A DNA stretch of 39,925 bases, from the IMG/VR virus record IMGVR_UViG_3300026546_000010, positions 1 to 39,925 of that record; one strand, written 5' to 3'. Below the pieces are notes generated by a model, which worked only from the letters and a program-made list of their open reading frames with translations, ran no database searches and was not told where the DNA came from. The stretch is from a virus (taxonomy: Duplodnaviria > Caudoviricetes). Below are positions 9,022 through 18,480 of this stretch, in pieces; position 1 is the first letter of the stretch; the number at the start of each line of letters is the position of its first letter. The position numbers and the translations under genes were made by a program.

Positions 9022-12000
9022 ATGGCCTGCATAAACAAAAAACTAAAAAATAAAATAAAACTCAAAGTCCTACGCTTGGATGCGGACTCATTCAAGAAGA
9101 CATTGGGGTTCGATTTCTATAAATTTCAAGACAATCTTATGGAGAAAATCCTCCATTGGTCATCATCAGATGCATACGTCAAAGAACTAAAAGAAGTGGT
9201 CAAAAACGATGAAATGCGCCAGAAGCTCATTTCTAAACTAAAAAAATCCAATGATGCAAAATGGCTATTTGAGGGAGTTGAGGAGACAGACAAGCTGGGA
9301 ATGATCTCAAGGGCAATAGCGTTCAAACATATTGTGGCAAATGTAAAAATGCAACAAGATATTATCAACAAAACACCAGGAGCAAGAGACGTTGATCTCC
9401 ATGATAAAAAAGGTGAAACAATACAAATAGCAGCAAACTATACATACTTGGCTATTGGAAGAGACATTGCCATTGCAATGGGGGTTCGTCCAACAAGGGT
9501 TCCACCAGCACTAGGAAATGCGTTCTATATGCAAATTGGAAAGGTACAAGTTGAAGCACTAGCTAAGCTACAGAGACAAACAAGAAGCAAAAAAGGTAGT
9601 GGACAAATCAATCTACTGTCTGTTAAAAAACAAGGCAGAACAATTATCAATGGAGAGTATAATAAGGATCATACACCAGTTAAAGGAGAGGGGCCTGTAC
9701 GACAGGCAGAGACTTATGCAATCAATCTAAACTTCTTCGCAAATGGCAATAAGCAAGCAATTGAAGAAGCCTTAATGAAGGGATCGCTTGAAGGAATTGA
9801 TAACACAAACAATAATCTAAGAAACACAATGTCATTTGTCTCTGGGGTAAGTGATCTCTTTGCTCCAAAATTTGAACACCTTCCTTTAAATAAAAGAGAA
9901 GATCAAGGGAAGCCAACTGTAGAAACAGACGGAAGTGTAAGAATAGAACCAAACGAAAAAGACACAAAGAACCTTTCGCCAGAAGGGATAAAAGCTTCAT
10001 TTAGATGGAAAAAAACACTAAGAAGCCTAGCAGAAGGAACGATGGTTGTAAACCAGACCGCACTCAAGGCACTCGGAACCTTGAAGGGGTTCCTTGGCCA
10101 ATTGGACTACCAGGGCAAAGGAATCAGGCTAAGAGATATTAAAAACATCGCAGGATTGACCCCGTACCAGATGCACCAAATATTCGGAACATTCTATCAT
10201 GAATTTTCCTCAAAAGATTCGGAAGCATCAGACTGGGGAGTTTCATCGTCCAAGACAAATCCAATCATAAACACTCTTGTTGGGTTGGACAATTTTATGA
10301 ATAAAAATGGCACAGCGAAGAAACTAATGAATGAAATAGTAGTCTATACAACTACACGTTTTGGGTTTAAAAACAATGTGCTTAATGAGCAATCAAACAA
10401 GCCATTCGCAAGACAAGTCATTGAAGGGCTTCCTGTAAAATACAAAATTGGCGGAACCCAGTTTGGTATACTAGTAAACGGAATGTCAAAAAACTATGGC
10501 ATACCAGAGGCAGATATAGTATCTGGACAGAACAAAAATCTTGAAGCTGTCATAACAAAATATGATCAAATTGCGCAAAAAGATGGGGACTCATTATTGC
10601 AATTCATGGGAGAGCTTGTAAACGGAGAAGTGGAGCTAAATGGCAAAAAATACAAAGTGCCATCAATTGACAATTCGGTCTGGGGGCAACTTGTATTAAT
10701 AGAAAACCTATCCAAGATAAGGGCAGCACAAAGAAGTGGACAAGACGTTGTATCCTTAGCGGCAACAATAGAAGTGGATGCGGTAGGTTCAGGGCCGACA
10801 ATTCAAGCAATGCAATCATTGGGAATCAACGAAGAACCTATACTTAAGTTATTTCAAATGCTAGGCATGACAGAAGAAAGCATAGCTGAAATTGGACCAG
10901 AAAAACTAGCAAATGACTTCTATGGTGTTTTTGGAAACGCCCTTAATGGTACAGAAATAGAAGGGAAAATACAAAAACTTGTTGATCTTAAACTGTTCAG
11001 CAATGAACGAACCATTCATAAAAAAGCAATGATGGTTGTTGGATACGAAGCAGGAAGCGCAACAGCAAAACATGATGTCGCAAATGAGCTGACAAAAGAA
11101 GTCCTCAAGCTTGGAATGGAAGAGGGAATGACGAAAGAAGGACTTGAGTTCCTGAAAAAACAAATCCTAATAATAAATCCTGACCTTGAAATAGGAAATG
11201 TAAAAAATGGAAAAGATCTAGTGCAGACAGCTGGTGTGCAACAAGCAATCCATGAATATTTCTACGACAACTACACAACTGAACTAGACGAAAAGGTGCG
11301 ATTAGTTCTCGACGAATTTCTCGCCAAACGCAAGGGAAAGGTAAGAGACTTTACAGAAACAATACAGAATAACCTACGAAAAGACAAAAAAATAATCACA
11401 AAAATGATGCCCTATGCAGCTAGGGTAATTCTGAATGACCCCGCTCACCCAGATCATAATCCATATGATATGAAAGAAGATTTTCAGGAATGGGCAGCAA
11501 AAGAAAAAAGCAACCTGAAAAAATACGGAATAGAGCTAACGTCAAGACGTATAGTTCTGAAAGACCAAGCAGGTGTAAAAAATGTTCCTGTACAAGAAAA
11601 AATATTCAACATGCTTACTGCAATTGTTAATGCAGTTCACTCAATAGATGCAGGCCAGTTTTTGTTTTCCCATGAAGCAACAATGGCAGAAATCAAAAAG
11701 CAAATAGCCAGTAAAGATACAGACAACTTCACAAAAGAACAATTAAAAATTTCACTTGGGAACAAGAAAAAATTGATGCACGATGGAAATGGTGCAGATG
11801 CATACTACACAGAAGTGTATCAAGAAGAGTATCACAACCAAGCAATAGACGCACACAAACAATATTCAATCGAAGTAGAAATAGCTAAAACAGCACTATT
11901 GTCAACAGACATGGAGCATCAAGAACAAATAGATCACGCAATAGAATTGGTCGCAGAAGCAGAAGCAAGACTCGATGAACAGAAAGAGTCGCTAGAGTTG

Positions 12001-15000
12001 ATCCAAAAGAACAAGAGATTCAAGAAAGGAAAGTTCGCTGATTATTTCACAGATAGCAAAATAGATGCCACCAAACTTCAAGAACATGACTTCGGTACGG
12101 AGCAAGTTGATACCAGCACTCCAGCACGGCTAAAAGAACAATCTCCTGATGTGGAAATGTCCAAGCTAGAGAAAGCAGTCAGAAGCGGTAAAGACGCATA
12201 CATAGACCTTGAGTTTTCATTTGATGAGAACCCCAAGAATGGGCAGAAAGAAATATATCAAATTGCAGCAATCAATAGTAAGGGAGAAGAGTTTGTCAGA
12301 AACTTCTACCCAACCGGAGAGATGGCTGCAAAATACTCAAAAGCGGTAGAAGGGAAAGAGTACCTATCGTTGAAGGAACTAAAAAGTGCAGAAGGCGCAA
12401 AGCCATATTCACAAGAAGCAGTCAATCAAGCACTTGATGAGCTTAATGGACACCTCAATGAAGACTCACTGACAGCCTATGCGGGGTTCTATGCAGACTT
12501 CAAACATATAGACAATTACGAGAACGGGAGAAAACTCCTCTCGTCAAGAGAGCTGATTGATGCACACAAAGCAGCACTACACAAGCTTGGAATGGTAGAC
12601 AATCCGAAGGGATCTACTCAAGGAGAAATAGCCAATAAGCTTGGGGTAGAGCAAGGCACTGACAGCAGAACACATGAAGCGATGTCAGATACAAAAACAC
12701 TGAAAGAGCTGTCAGGGAAATTAGCAAAAAATGATACAAGAGGATCAATATCAGCAATACTAAATGAACTAGGGAAAACAAATGAGTTCCTTGGCGACAT
12801 AGTAAACAAGATTGATTATGATGCACAAGAAAATTCATTTGATCCAAGAACCAGAACACTAAGCTTAAAAAAAGGAGCAAATAGAGAAGCAGTGGGACAT
12901 GAAGTTACACACGCAATAACACTAGATTATATTGCTTCAAGAAAAGGACAACAATCAAGAGAATATAAAAAGATAAAACAAGCATACAAATTCACAAAAA
13001 ATAATATAAAATATTTAAAGCAAAAATTTGCAAATAATCCAGAGATCTTATCATCATTAGAACATATAGCAAATGATAAAGAGAATGTGGGGATTGCAGA
13101 GTTTGTTGCCCTTGGGGCAACAAACACCACATTCAGACAAGACTTAAAATCTGGGTCTATAATAAAAGCAATTAAAGACTTCCTCAAAAATGCAATCAAT
13201 AGACTGCTTAGAAGACCAAAAGACATGAGAGTTACCAATATGGTAGCAGAAGACATGGGACAAGACCTTGTAAAAACCATAGACAAAATCATAAGAGATT
13301 CTGTTGACTTCCAAGACGAAACAAGCTCTGGGCCACAAAAGAAAAAACAACAAACACGGGGAAGAACAGCAACAGAGTTTACCGAAAAACTGGGCATGCC
13401 AAAACAAAATTCCAAGCCAAAGCAAACAACCAAGGAAGTTAGAACCATTCTTAAGGAGCTCGACTGGAAACCATTTAATGACCCCGCTATGTCAAACACC
13501 ATGGATGCACCAATTCTAAAAAGTCTTGAAGATATTAACTCATATACAAGAACAATACTAATTGAATCAATACTTGAGAACCCCACTTTACGTGCAATGA
13601 CAAAAAAACTTGGGGAAAAAATGGATGAGAAATTGTCCAAATATCCAATCTACGCTGATAACAAAAACAGGGCTACTGACCTATGGGAGCACTCACCATT
13701 GCTACAGAAGATGAAAACCTATCTTGCCCCAGAAAGAAGCGGTGATGCCTATACGTTAAACAAGCTTCAAACCTCAATTGCAAATGCAGAAAAGCATGCA
13801 AGACAAATAGAATCAGCCCAGATCAAACAGATCAATGACCTAACAAGGGATCTCTCAAAGGAAGCACAAGAAGGAGTCTTTCACGCTACAACAACTGTTC
13901 CGTTCTTCCATTTATTGAATGATAAAAGTGGAATCGTAAACGAACTTTTACGTTCCAATAACCTTAAGGGGGATATAGAAACAAAGATTGTTGAACTTGC
14001 GAGGGAAAGCCAAATACCAAAAACACATCTTCAGCAGATTGGTGAGTTGGCACAATTACTTGCTCGTAAAAAAGGGCCAAAGGTCATATCACATAAAAAA
14101 ACATTGCCAGTGTACAACCTGCATTCAATTGGTTTCAGTGAACATACACTCCCATATGCCCAAAAGATACTAGCACTACAAACAATGCTCGCAGAACCAA
14201 AGGCTATTGAGGGGTTCAAAGAACTACAAAAGAATCCAGAACTGTTTAAAACAATGGCAGCTGTCTCTGCTGCGCTAAAAACAGCGCATGACAGAGTAAT
14301 GGTCAATGACGCAAACAAGAGAATGTACAAAGAAAATCTTGTTAAAGAACTCTTAAATGAGCCGCTAGAAATGCACGCAATCACAAAAGAAGATTTGGCA
14401 AATGGACACTTTGCAGAATTGAATGGTTGGAGAATTGTCAGACAACCAACTACTGGATATGGTATTGCAGTCCGCAATGCAAAAGACATAACGAACCAAC
14501 CAGGGCTTGGCACAACGTTATCATATAACTTCGCGGATATTACTGTACCAAAAGACAAGTTCATCAAAGCAGATAACTATGTGACTGTCTATGACAGAAA
14601 AGGACAACCGAGAAGAAAACTTGTTTTGACACAAGAAGAGATTGATAGCATAGGAGAAATCAGAACTCCATCAGATGCAATTGTGCGAACATACTCACAA
14701 ATCGCTGCACTAGAGGAAACTGAATCAGCCAGAAAAGCACTGATGTCTGCACAATTCAACAAAAAGCTATCAACAAGAAAGGAAGAGAATCAGTTCGCCG
14801 AAGCACTAAAAGATATGAGAATTGAAGAAGTACCATGGGCAGTATCATTCAATTCAAAAAAAGATGCAATTAAGTGGCTTGCACAAAACAAAGAGGCAAG
14901 ATACAAATACGCTCTTGTTGACAACATGACGCAATTCAATAATGCAAATGAAAAGATACATCTAGTCAGGATTGACATGAAAGATCAACTCATGGGGTTC

Positions 15001-16113
15001 GAGGATGTTGTTGCATTTAAGGATAGCGTATTCTTTAGAAACGCAATGTATACCCTAAGACAAGTAGTGAAAATGACCAAGCTGCATATGACAGTAACCA
15101 ACCCAGCAAAAATAGCAGGAGACACTACATCAAATGTAGCAATCATGCTTGCAATGGGAGTATCACCAACAAGCATTATCAGTGCATTTAAACATGGTCC
15201 TAAGAGACAACGAGAAATCGCTGCACTCCAAATAGAACAAATAGACCTGCGGATGCAAATAGATGCAACCAGCAGCCAGACAAGAAAGAAGAAACTCAGG
15301 GCACAAATGAGAGAGGTCAAAAAGAAGATAGCAGAACATCCATACGGAATGCTACTTATGGAAGGAATGATCCAGTCAATCTCAACAGAAATCCTAGACA
15401 AAGACAAATCAGTCATTGCGGGGGTTCAGCATGACGTAGAAGGATTACTCAACAAATACCTAGCCCTTGAAGACAAGGAAGGAAAAACAGACCTAAACAA
15501 CGCAATAGCAGCACTCCTCTCTAAAGGGATCAACCTTGAGACAATACTTACCTTTATAGGTAAGGGAACAGAGAATAGAAAGGTAGTAGGAACCCTTGGT
15601 AAAACACTGCACAATGCAGGTATAGGCCTTAAAGACATCAAAGCAAATAAAGATGTAGCCAAGTATATTACAGAATGGATGGCAACACCAGAAAGTGGAG
15701 CGGTAAGGGTTGGATCAGCATTGGTAGAAAGTGTTGACATCACATCTCGATATGCACTCCTGCAACATTTAATGAAAAACAAAAAAATGTCAAAAGAAGA
15801 AGCAGTTCCAAAAGTTCTTGAGCTCTTCATTGACTACAAAGTAAATATGCCGAAGGAGCTCAAGTACGCAAGTGACACTGGGGTTCTGCTCTTCCCATCA
15901 TTCTGGATGAGAATACAACGATCTGTGTATAGACTTGCACGACAGAATCCAGCTACAGTCACAGCTGGAATGTCGCTTGAAGCACTTATGGATGTACATA
16001 TCCCTACAATTTATGACTCATTTATAGGGGCGAAGGAACACTTCTTCTATACACCACAGATAGATGAATCAACCTTCTTCCCGACCCATATCTTCGATTT
16101 CGTCCCCAAATAA
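9022..16113 (+). CDS. Virion-encapsidated single-subunit RNA polymerase (N4 vRNAP-like) with DEDDh exonuclease and zincin-like domains
   Basis: Motif A EVDAVGSGP (~10771), motif B RTIHKKAMMVVGY (~11008), VHSIDA, motif C MHDG (~11776); IDLE...AYAGFYAD...HEAMSD (12196-12690); HEVTH...EFVA (12898-13110); 2363 aa with one Cys. Confidence 0.85.
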   Translation: MACINKKLKNKIKLKVLRLDADSFKKTLGFDFYKFQDNLMEKILHWSSSDAYVKELKEVVKNDEMRQKLISKLKKSNDAKWLFEGVEETDKLGMISRAIAFKHIVANVKMQQDIINKTPGARDVDLHDKKGETIQIAANYTYLAIGRDIAIAMGVRPTRVPPALGNAFYMQIGKVQVEALAKLQRQTRSKKGSGQINLLSVKKQGRTIINGEYNKDHTPVKGEGPVRQAETYAINLNFFANGNKQAIEEALMKGSLEGIDNTNNNLRNTMSFVSGVSDLFAPKFEHLPLNKREDQGKPTVETDGSVRIEPNEKDTKNLSPEGIKASFRWKKTLRSLAEGTMVVNQTALKALGTLKGFLGQLDYQGKGIRLRDIKNIAGLTPYQMHQIFGTFYHEFSSKDSEASDWGVSSSKTNPIINTLVGLDNFMNKNGTAKKLMNEIVVYTTTRFGFKNNVLNEQSNKPFARQVIEGLPVKYKIGGTQFGILVNGMSKNYGIPEADIVSGQNKNLEAVITKYDQIAQKDGDSLLQFMGELVNGEVELNGKKYKVPSIDNSVWGQLVLIENLSKIRAAQRSGQDVVSLAATIEVDAVGSGPTIQAMQSLGINEEPILKLFQMLGMTEESIAEIGPEKLANDFYGVFGNALNGTEIEGKIQKLVDLKLFSNERTIHKKAMMVVGYEAGSATAKHDVANELTKEVLKLGMEEGMTKEGLEFLKKQILIINPDLEIGNVKNGKDLVQTAGVQQAIHEYFYDNYTTELDEKVRLVLDEFLAKRKGKVRDFTETIQNNLRKDKKIITKMMPYAARVILNDPAHPDHNPYDMKEDFQEWAAKEKSNLKKYGIELTSRRIVLKDQAGVKNVPVQEKIFNMLTAIVNAVHSIDAGQFLFSHEATMAEIKKQIASKDTDNFTKEQLKISLGNKKKLMHDGNGADAYYTEVYQEEYHNQAIDAHKQYSIEVEIAKTALLSTDMEHQEQIDHAIELVAEAEARLDEQKESLELIQKNKRFKKGKFADYFTDSKIDATKLQEHDFGTEQVDTSTPARLKEQSPDVEMSKLEKAVRSGKDAYIDLEFSFDENPKNGQKEIYQIAAINSKGEEFVRNFYPTGEMAAKYSKAVEGKEYLSLKELKSAEGAKPYSQEAVNQALDELNGHLNEDSLTAYAGFYADFKHIDNYENGRKLLSSRELIDAHKAALHKLGMVDNPKGSTQGEIANKLGVEQGTDSRTHEAMSDTKTLKELSGKLAKNDTRGSISAILNELGKTNEFLGDIVNKIDYDAQENSFDPRTRTLSLKKGANREAVGHEVTHAITLDYIASRKGQQSREYKKIKQAYKFTKNNIKYLKQKFANNPEILSSLEHIANDKENVGIAEFVALGATNTTFRQDLKSGSIIKAIKDFLKNAINRLLRRPKDMRVTNMVAEDMGQDLVKTIDKIIRDSVDFQDETSSGPQKKKQQTRGRTATEFTEKLGMPKQNSKPKQTTKEVRTILKELDWKPFNDPAMSNTMDAPILKSLEDINSYTRTILIESILENPTLRAMTKKLGEKMDEKLSKYPIYADNKNRATDLWEHSPLLQKMKTYLAPERSGDAYTLNKLQTSIANAEKHARQIESAQIKQINDLTRDLSKEAQEGVFHATTTVPFFHLLNDKSGIVNELLRSNNLKGDIETKIVELARESQIPKTHLQQIGELAQLLARKKGPKVISHKKTLPVYNLHSIGFSEHTLPYAQKILALQTMLAEPKAIEGFKELQKNPELFKTMAAVSAALKTAHDRVMVNDANKRMYKENLVKELLNEPLEMHAITKEDLANGHFAELNGWRIVRQPTTGYGIAVRNAKDITNQPGLGTTLSYNFADITVPKDKFIKADNYVTVYDRKGQPRRKLVLTQEEIDSIGEIRTPSDAIVRTYSQIAALEETESARKALMSAQFNKKLSTRKEENQFAEALKDMRIEEVPWAVSFNSKKDAIKWLAQNKEARYKYALVDNMTQFNNANEKIHLVRIDMKDQLMGFEDVVAFKDSVFFRNAMYTLRQVVKMTKLHMTVTNPAKIAGDTTSNVAIMLAMGVSPTSIISAFKHGPKRQREIAALQIEQIDLRMQIDATSSQTRKKKLRAQMREVKKKIAEHPYGMLLMEGMIQSISTEILDKDKSVIAGVQHDVEGLLNKYLALEDKEGKTDLNNAIAALLSKGINLETILTFIGKGTENRKVVGTLGKTLHNAGIGLKDIKANKDVAKYITEWMATPESGAVRVGSALVESVDITSRYALLQHLMKNKKMSKEEAVPKVLELFIDYKVNMPKELKYASDTGVLLFPSFWMRIQRSVYRLARQNPATVTAGMSLEALMDVHIPTIYDSFIGAKEHFFYTPQIDESTFFPTHIFDFVPK

Positions 16114-16461
16114 AAACGGTGATACACTGAGAAGAGTATTCGATTTTTCAGGATCGAGTCTCGTCTCAACACTGCCATTATTTTTAAGAATGTACAGGTA
16201 TTCAGCACCAACTCTACTATCATGGGAGAGAACCCCCCATCCAGTTATCTTGGACTGGTCCAAGCCGAACTTCTCGCCATCTCTCTCCGAAGAGCGAAGC
16301 AACTGTGCAAACTCGTACTCTGGATCAATACCACGTGTCTCAAGAAATGTTCTATGAAATTCAATCAACCATGGTAGAGTAGCATCAGGATAGCCATCCC
16401 AATGCTTATAGATCTTAACATATTCAACACCTTCAACTTCAATTACGCACCTTGTAGCCAT
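16069..16461 (-). CDS. Conserved phage hypothetical protein (IYxHWDGYP family)
   Basis: MATRCVI...KIYKHWDGYP...EYLY pattern; RBS AAGGA; convergent 45-nt overlap with the vRNAP 3' end. Confidence 0.7.
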   Translation of the reverse strand: MATRCVIEVEGVEYVKIYKHWDGYPDATLPWLIEFHRTFLETRGIDPEYEFAQLLRSSERDGEKFGLDQSKITGWGVLSHDSRVGAEYLYILKNNGSVETRLDPEKSNTLLSVSPFLFGDEIEDMGREEG

Positions 16462-16473
16462 TACAGTATCCTT

Positions 16474-16683
16474 TTATTGTTGAGCAATACATTGCTCCAT
16501 TATGTCCTGAAGGTCAAAATAAGCGATCATAGGGTGTTTGTACCCTATGCATTTCTGCGGAGCAGATTCAACGCCATATACCTCCATAGCAACCATACAT
16601 TCATCAACCTCTTCACAGAGATACTCTGGAATGTAATCAGCATGTAATATACCAATGATCAATATAGTAAAAAAGATTTTCAT
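16474..16683 (-). CDS. Small exported protein
   Basis: 69 aa; signal-peptide-like N-terminus, four Cys; RBS AAGGA. Confidence 0.55.
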   Translation of the reverse strand: MKIFFTILIIGILHADYIPEYLCEEVDECMVAMEVYGVESAPQKCIGYKHPMIAYFDLQDIMEQCIAQQ

Positions 16684-16692
16684 GTTACATCC

Positions 16693-17019
16693 TTACGTCT
16701 CTGCCGCAAATGTGCATACACCATTGTTCTCGATAAGAGCTACTTTGATTTCCAATCCAAGGCGAAGACTACCACCATTGAAGCAGTAAATACCTTTCTC
16801 ATCCAATGCAAAGTAAATATCATCAGCTGTATCAGGGGTAGGAGTATCTGGCTTCCATTCTTGCCATAGTGCATCTAATTGACGAGAATCAAAATCATCA
16901 ACATCAACATAATAATTAATGACATCAGATTCACGAGCTCCAAACTGATTGGCGTCATCACTGTTTTGATCAGCAACACAGAATTTGCCCTCAATGTCGC
17001 CGTAATAAAATCTTCCCAT
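16693..17019 (-). CDS. Conserved phage hypothetical protein (MGRxYxGDIEGKF family)
   Basis: Start reassigned to ATG at 17019 after AAGGAAAAACA. Confidence 0.65.
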   Translation of the reverse strand: MGRFYYGDIEGKFCVADQNSDDANQFGARESDVINYYVDVDDFDSRQLDALWQEWKPDTPTPDTADDIYFALDEKGIYCFNGGSLRLGLEIKVALIENNGVCTFAAET

Positions 17020-17043
17020 TGTTTTTCCTTTAAAATAATTCTG

Positions 17044-17079
17044 GAACCCCCATGCACGATAACATTGTGGTAGGGGTTC
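17044..17079 (-). other. Intergenic stem-loop closed by two inverted GGGGTTC motifs
   Basis: GAACCCC at 17044 and GGGGTTC at 17073 with inner CAC/GTG pairing. Confidence 0.5.
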
Positions 17080-17083
17080 TAAA

Positions 17084-17257
17084 TTACTTCCACTTGTCGT
17101 GCTTGTCAATTTCCTCTTGTGACACAACTAAATATATCACAAACAGAATAACACCTATAATTGGCAAAATATTGAAAGCTACAAACTTCAATATAGTGAA
17201 AATGCCAATTACTCCAATAACTACAGTAACCAATACGGCAGCATCTTTAAAGTCCAT
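17084..17257 (-). CDS. Small two-helix membrane protein (57 aa, not in ORF track)
   Basis: MDFKDAAVLVTVVIGVIGIFTILKFVAFNILPIIGVILFVIYLVVSQEEIDKHDKWK; RBS AGGA; fills the gap after rusA. Confidence 0.7.
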   Translation of the reverse strand: MDFKDAAVLVTVVIGVIGIFTILKFVAFNILPIIGVILFVIYLVVSQEEIDKHDKWK

Positions 17258-17268
17258 CGATCGTCCTA

Positions 17269-17697
17269 TTATGCAAATGGCTCATTTGAGAAAGAAGCCA
17301 CAACCTCAATCATTGTTTCGGCAATAGCTCTCTCACTGTCAATAATTGCAGGAAGCAATATGACAACAACTTGATCATCGTCAACAAGGTATCCTTTTCT
17401 AACGAAGAGATCTTGTACCCACTTATTCGTAAAGCCAAAAGCATCAGCATCAATCTTGCGCTTACTGTCACGATGAATGCGATACGAAATTTGACCATAC
17501 TTGTATGGGGGTTCTGTTGACTCGGCGATATGCCATGATCCCAATGTCTCAATGAGTTCATTTTTAATTGCAGTACGATTATATCTTAGCCAATATTGAA
17601 CGTTGTTCATGGTGGCGAGATGCCCCTTCCGTTTGCCGGAAGGGATTTTTGGTGGTGGAAAAATAAAGCTTATGGTTTCTCCCCGTTGGGGTTCCAC
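17269..17697 (-). CDS. rusA: RusA-like Holliday junction resolvase
   Basis: RKIDAD...KWVQDLF...GYLVDDDQV motif; follows SSB as in N4-like phages. Confidence 0.75.
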   Translation of the reverse strand: MEPQRGETISFIFPPPKIPSGKRKGHLATMNNVQYWLRYNRTAIKNELIETLGSWHIAESTEPPYKYGQISYRIHRDSKRKIDADAFGFTNKWVQDLFVRKGYLVDDDQVVVILLPAIIDSERAIAETMIEVVASFSNEPFA

Positions 17698-17699
17698 AA

Positions 17700-18320
17700 T
17701 TACCAGCCCTTGGGCACTTCAGGGGCTCTACCACCTACTGCCGGAGAACTTGCTTGAGCTTTATTTGCCAGACGCTTAATGGGATTGCGAGCAAGAAATG
17801 CTGCAACATCTTCTGCAATATTTTCCCCATTATCTCCTGTTCCATCTGGAGCCATCCAGTGAGAAATCATGTTACGGATAGAAGTTGTTCCATTATAGAA
17901 ATTCTCATATTGACGAACCCCAACAAGGACTTTCAGACCAATTGTTTCCTTCAAGATGAAAGCACCAATAGTATCATCTCTGAACTTGACTTTACCATCT
18001 TCGCCCTCAATTGACTCATTGCCAGTTGTAACACGCTCATAGCGAATCAGTTCCTGAAGACCGGGAAGCAAGAACGTCTTATTGTTCTTGGTGAAAGTAG
18101 CTGACCCTGTTCTGCTCTTAACAGCAGTGGAGTAGAACAATGTACGATCTCCATCTGGAAGATAGAGCTCTACTTCCCACATGGAAGCACCACTATCTGT
18201 TTTACGAATAAAAGAATTCTTGATCTCGGCAGCATAAACTCCAGAATCAATTGGGCCGTCAGAAACTTTCTGAGCAGCAACGTTTTTAGCCAAGTTGGCA
18301 TCTACATCAAATGTAGCCAT
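17700..18320 (-). CDS. ssb: Single-stranded DNA-binding protein (N4 gp45-like)
   Basis: Start MATFDVDAN at 18320 (RBS AAGGA); DSGVY..I..S...TDSGA, TF.K..K...LPG, flexible tail ending in W. Confidence 0.65.
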   Translation of the reverse strand: MATFDVDANLAKNVAAQKVSDGPIDSGVYAAEIKNSFIRKTDSGASMWEVELYLPDGDRTLFYSTAVKSRTGSATFTKNNKTFLLPGLQELIRYERVTTGNESIEGEDGKVKFRDDTIGAFILKETIGLKVLVGVRQYENFYNGTTSIRNMISHWMAPDGTGDNGENIAEDVAAFLARNPIKRLANKAQASSPAVGGRAPEVPKGW

Positions 18321-18361
18321 GTAACGTCCTTTGTTACTGCAATCATGCAGTAGAAAAATTT

Positions 18362-18438
18362 TGGTTGGCAAGAAGGGACTCGAACCCCTATTGTATCGGT
18401 TATGAGCCGACAGCATTAACCAGTTATGCTACTTGCCA
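18362..18438 (-). tRNA. tRNA with CAT anticodon (Met elongator or Ile2)
   Basis: TGGCAAG/CTTGCCA acceptor stem, loop CTCATAA, T-arm GGTTCGAGTCC, encoded ACCA end. Confidence 0.93.
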
Positions 18439-18444
18439 ATAAAT

Positions 18445-18477
18445 AAAAGAGTAGAAAACGGCAACCAAAAGGTTGCC
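18445..18477 (-). terminator. Intrinsic terminator
   Basis: GGCAACC-TTTT-GGTTGCC followed by a T-rich tail, just after the stop at 18481. Confidence 0.7.
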
Positions 18478-18480
18478 ATT

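Noticed and set aside
727-15830. Many minus-strand ORFs opposite the virion genes
   Set aside because: Shadow frames of A-rich coding sequence with S/F/L-rich low-complexity translations and no RBS pattern
18382-18388. GGGGTTC copies as scattered tRNA T-arm or attachment-site remnants
   Set aside because: Only this copy lies in a tRNA; the others lack flanking tRNA similarity and sit in intact reading frames
18321-18416. N-terminal extension of the SSB ORF
   Set aside because: It runs through the tRNA gene; a good RBS precedes the ATG at 18320
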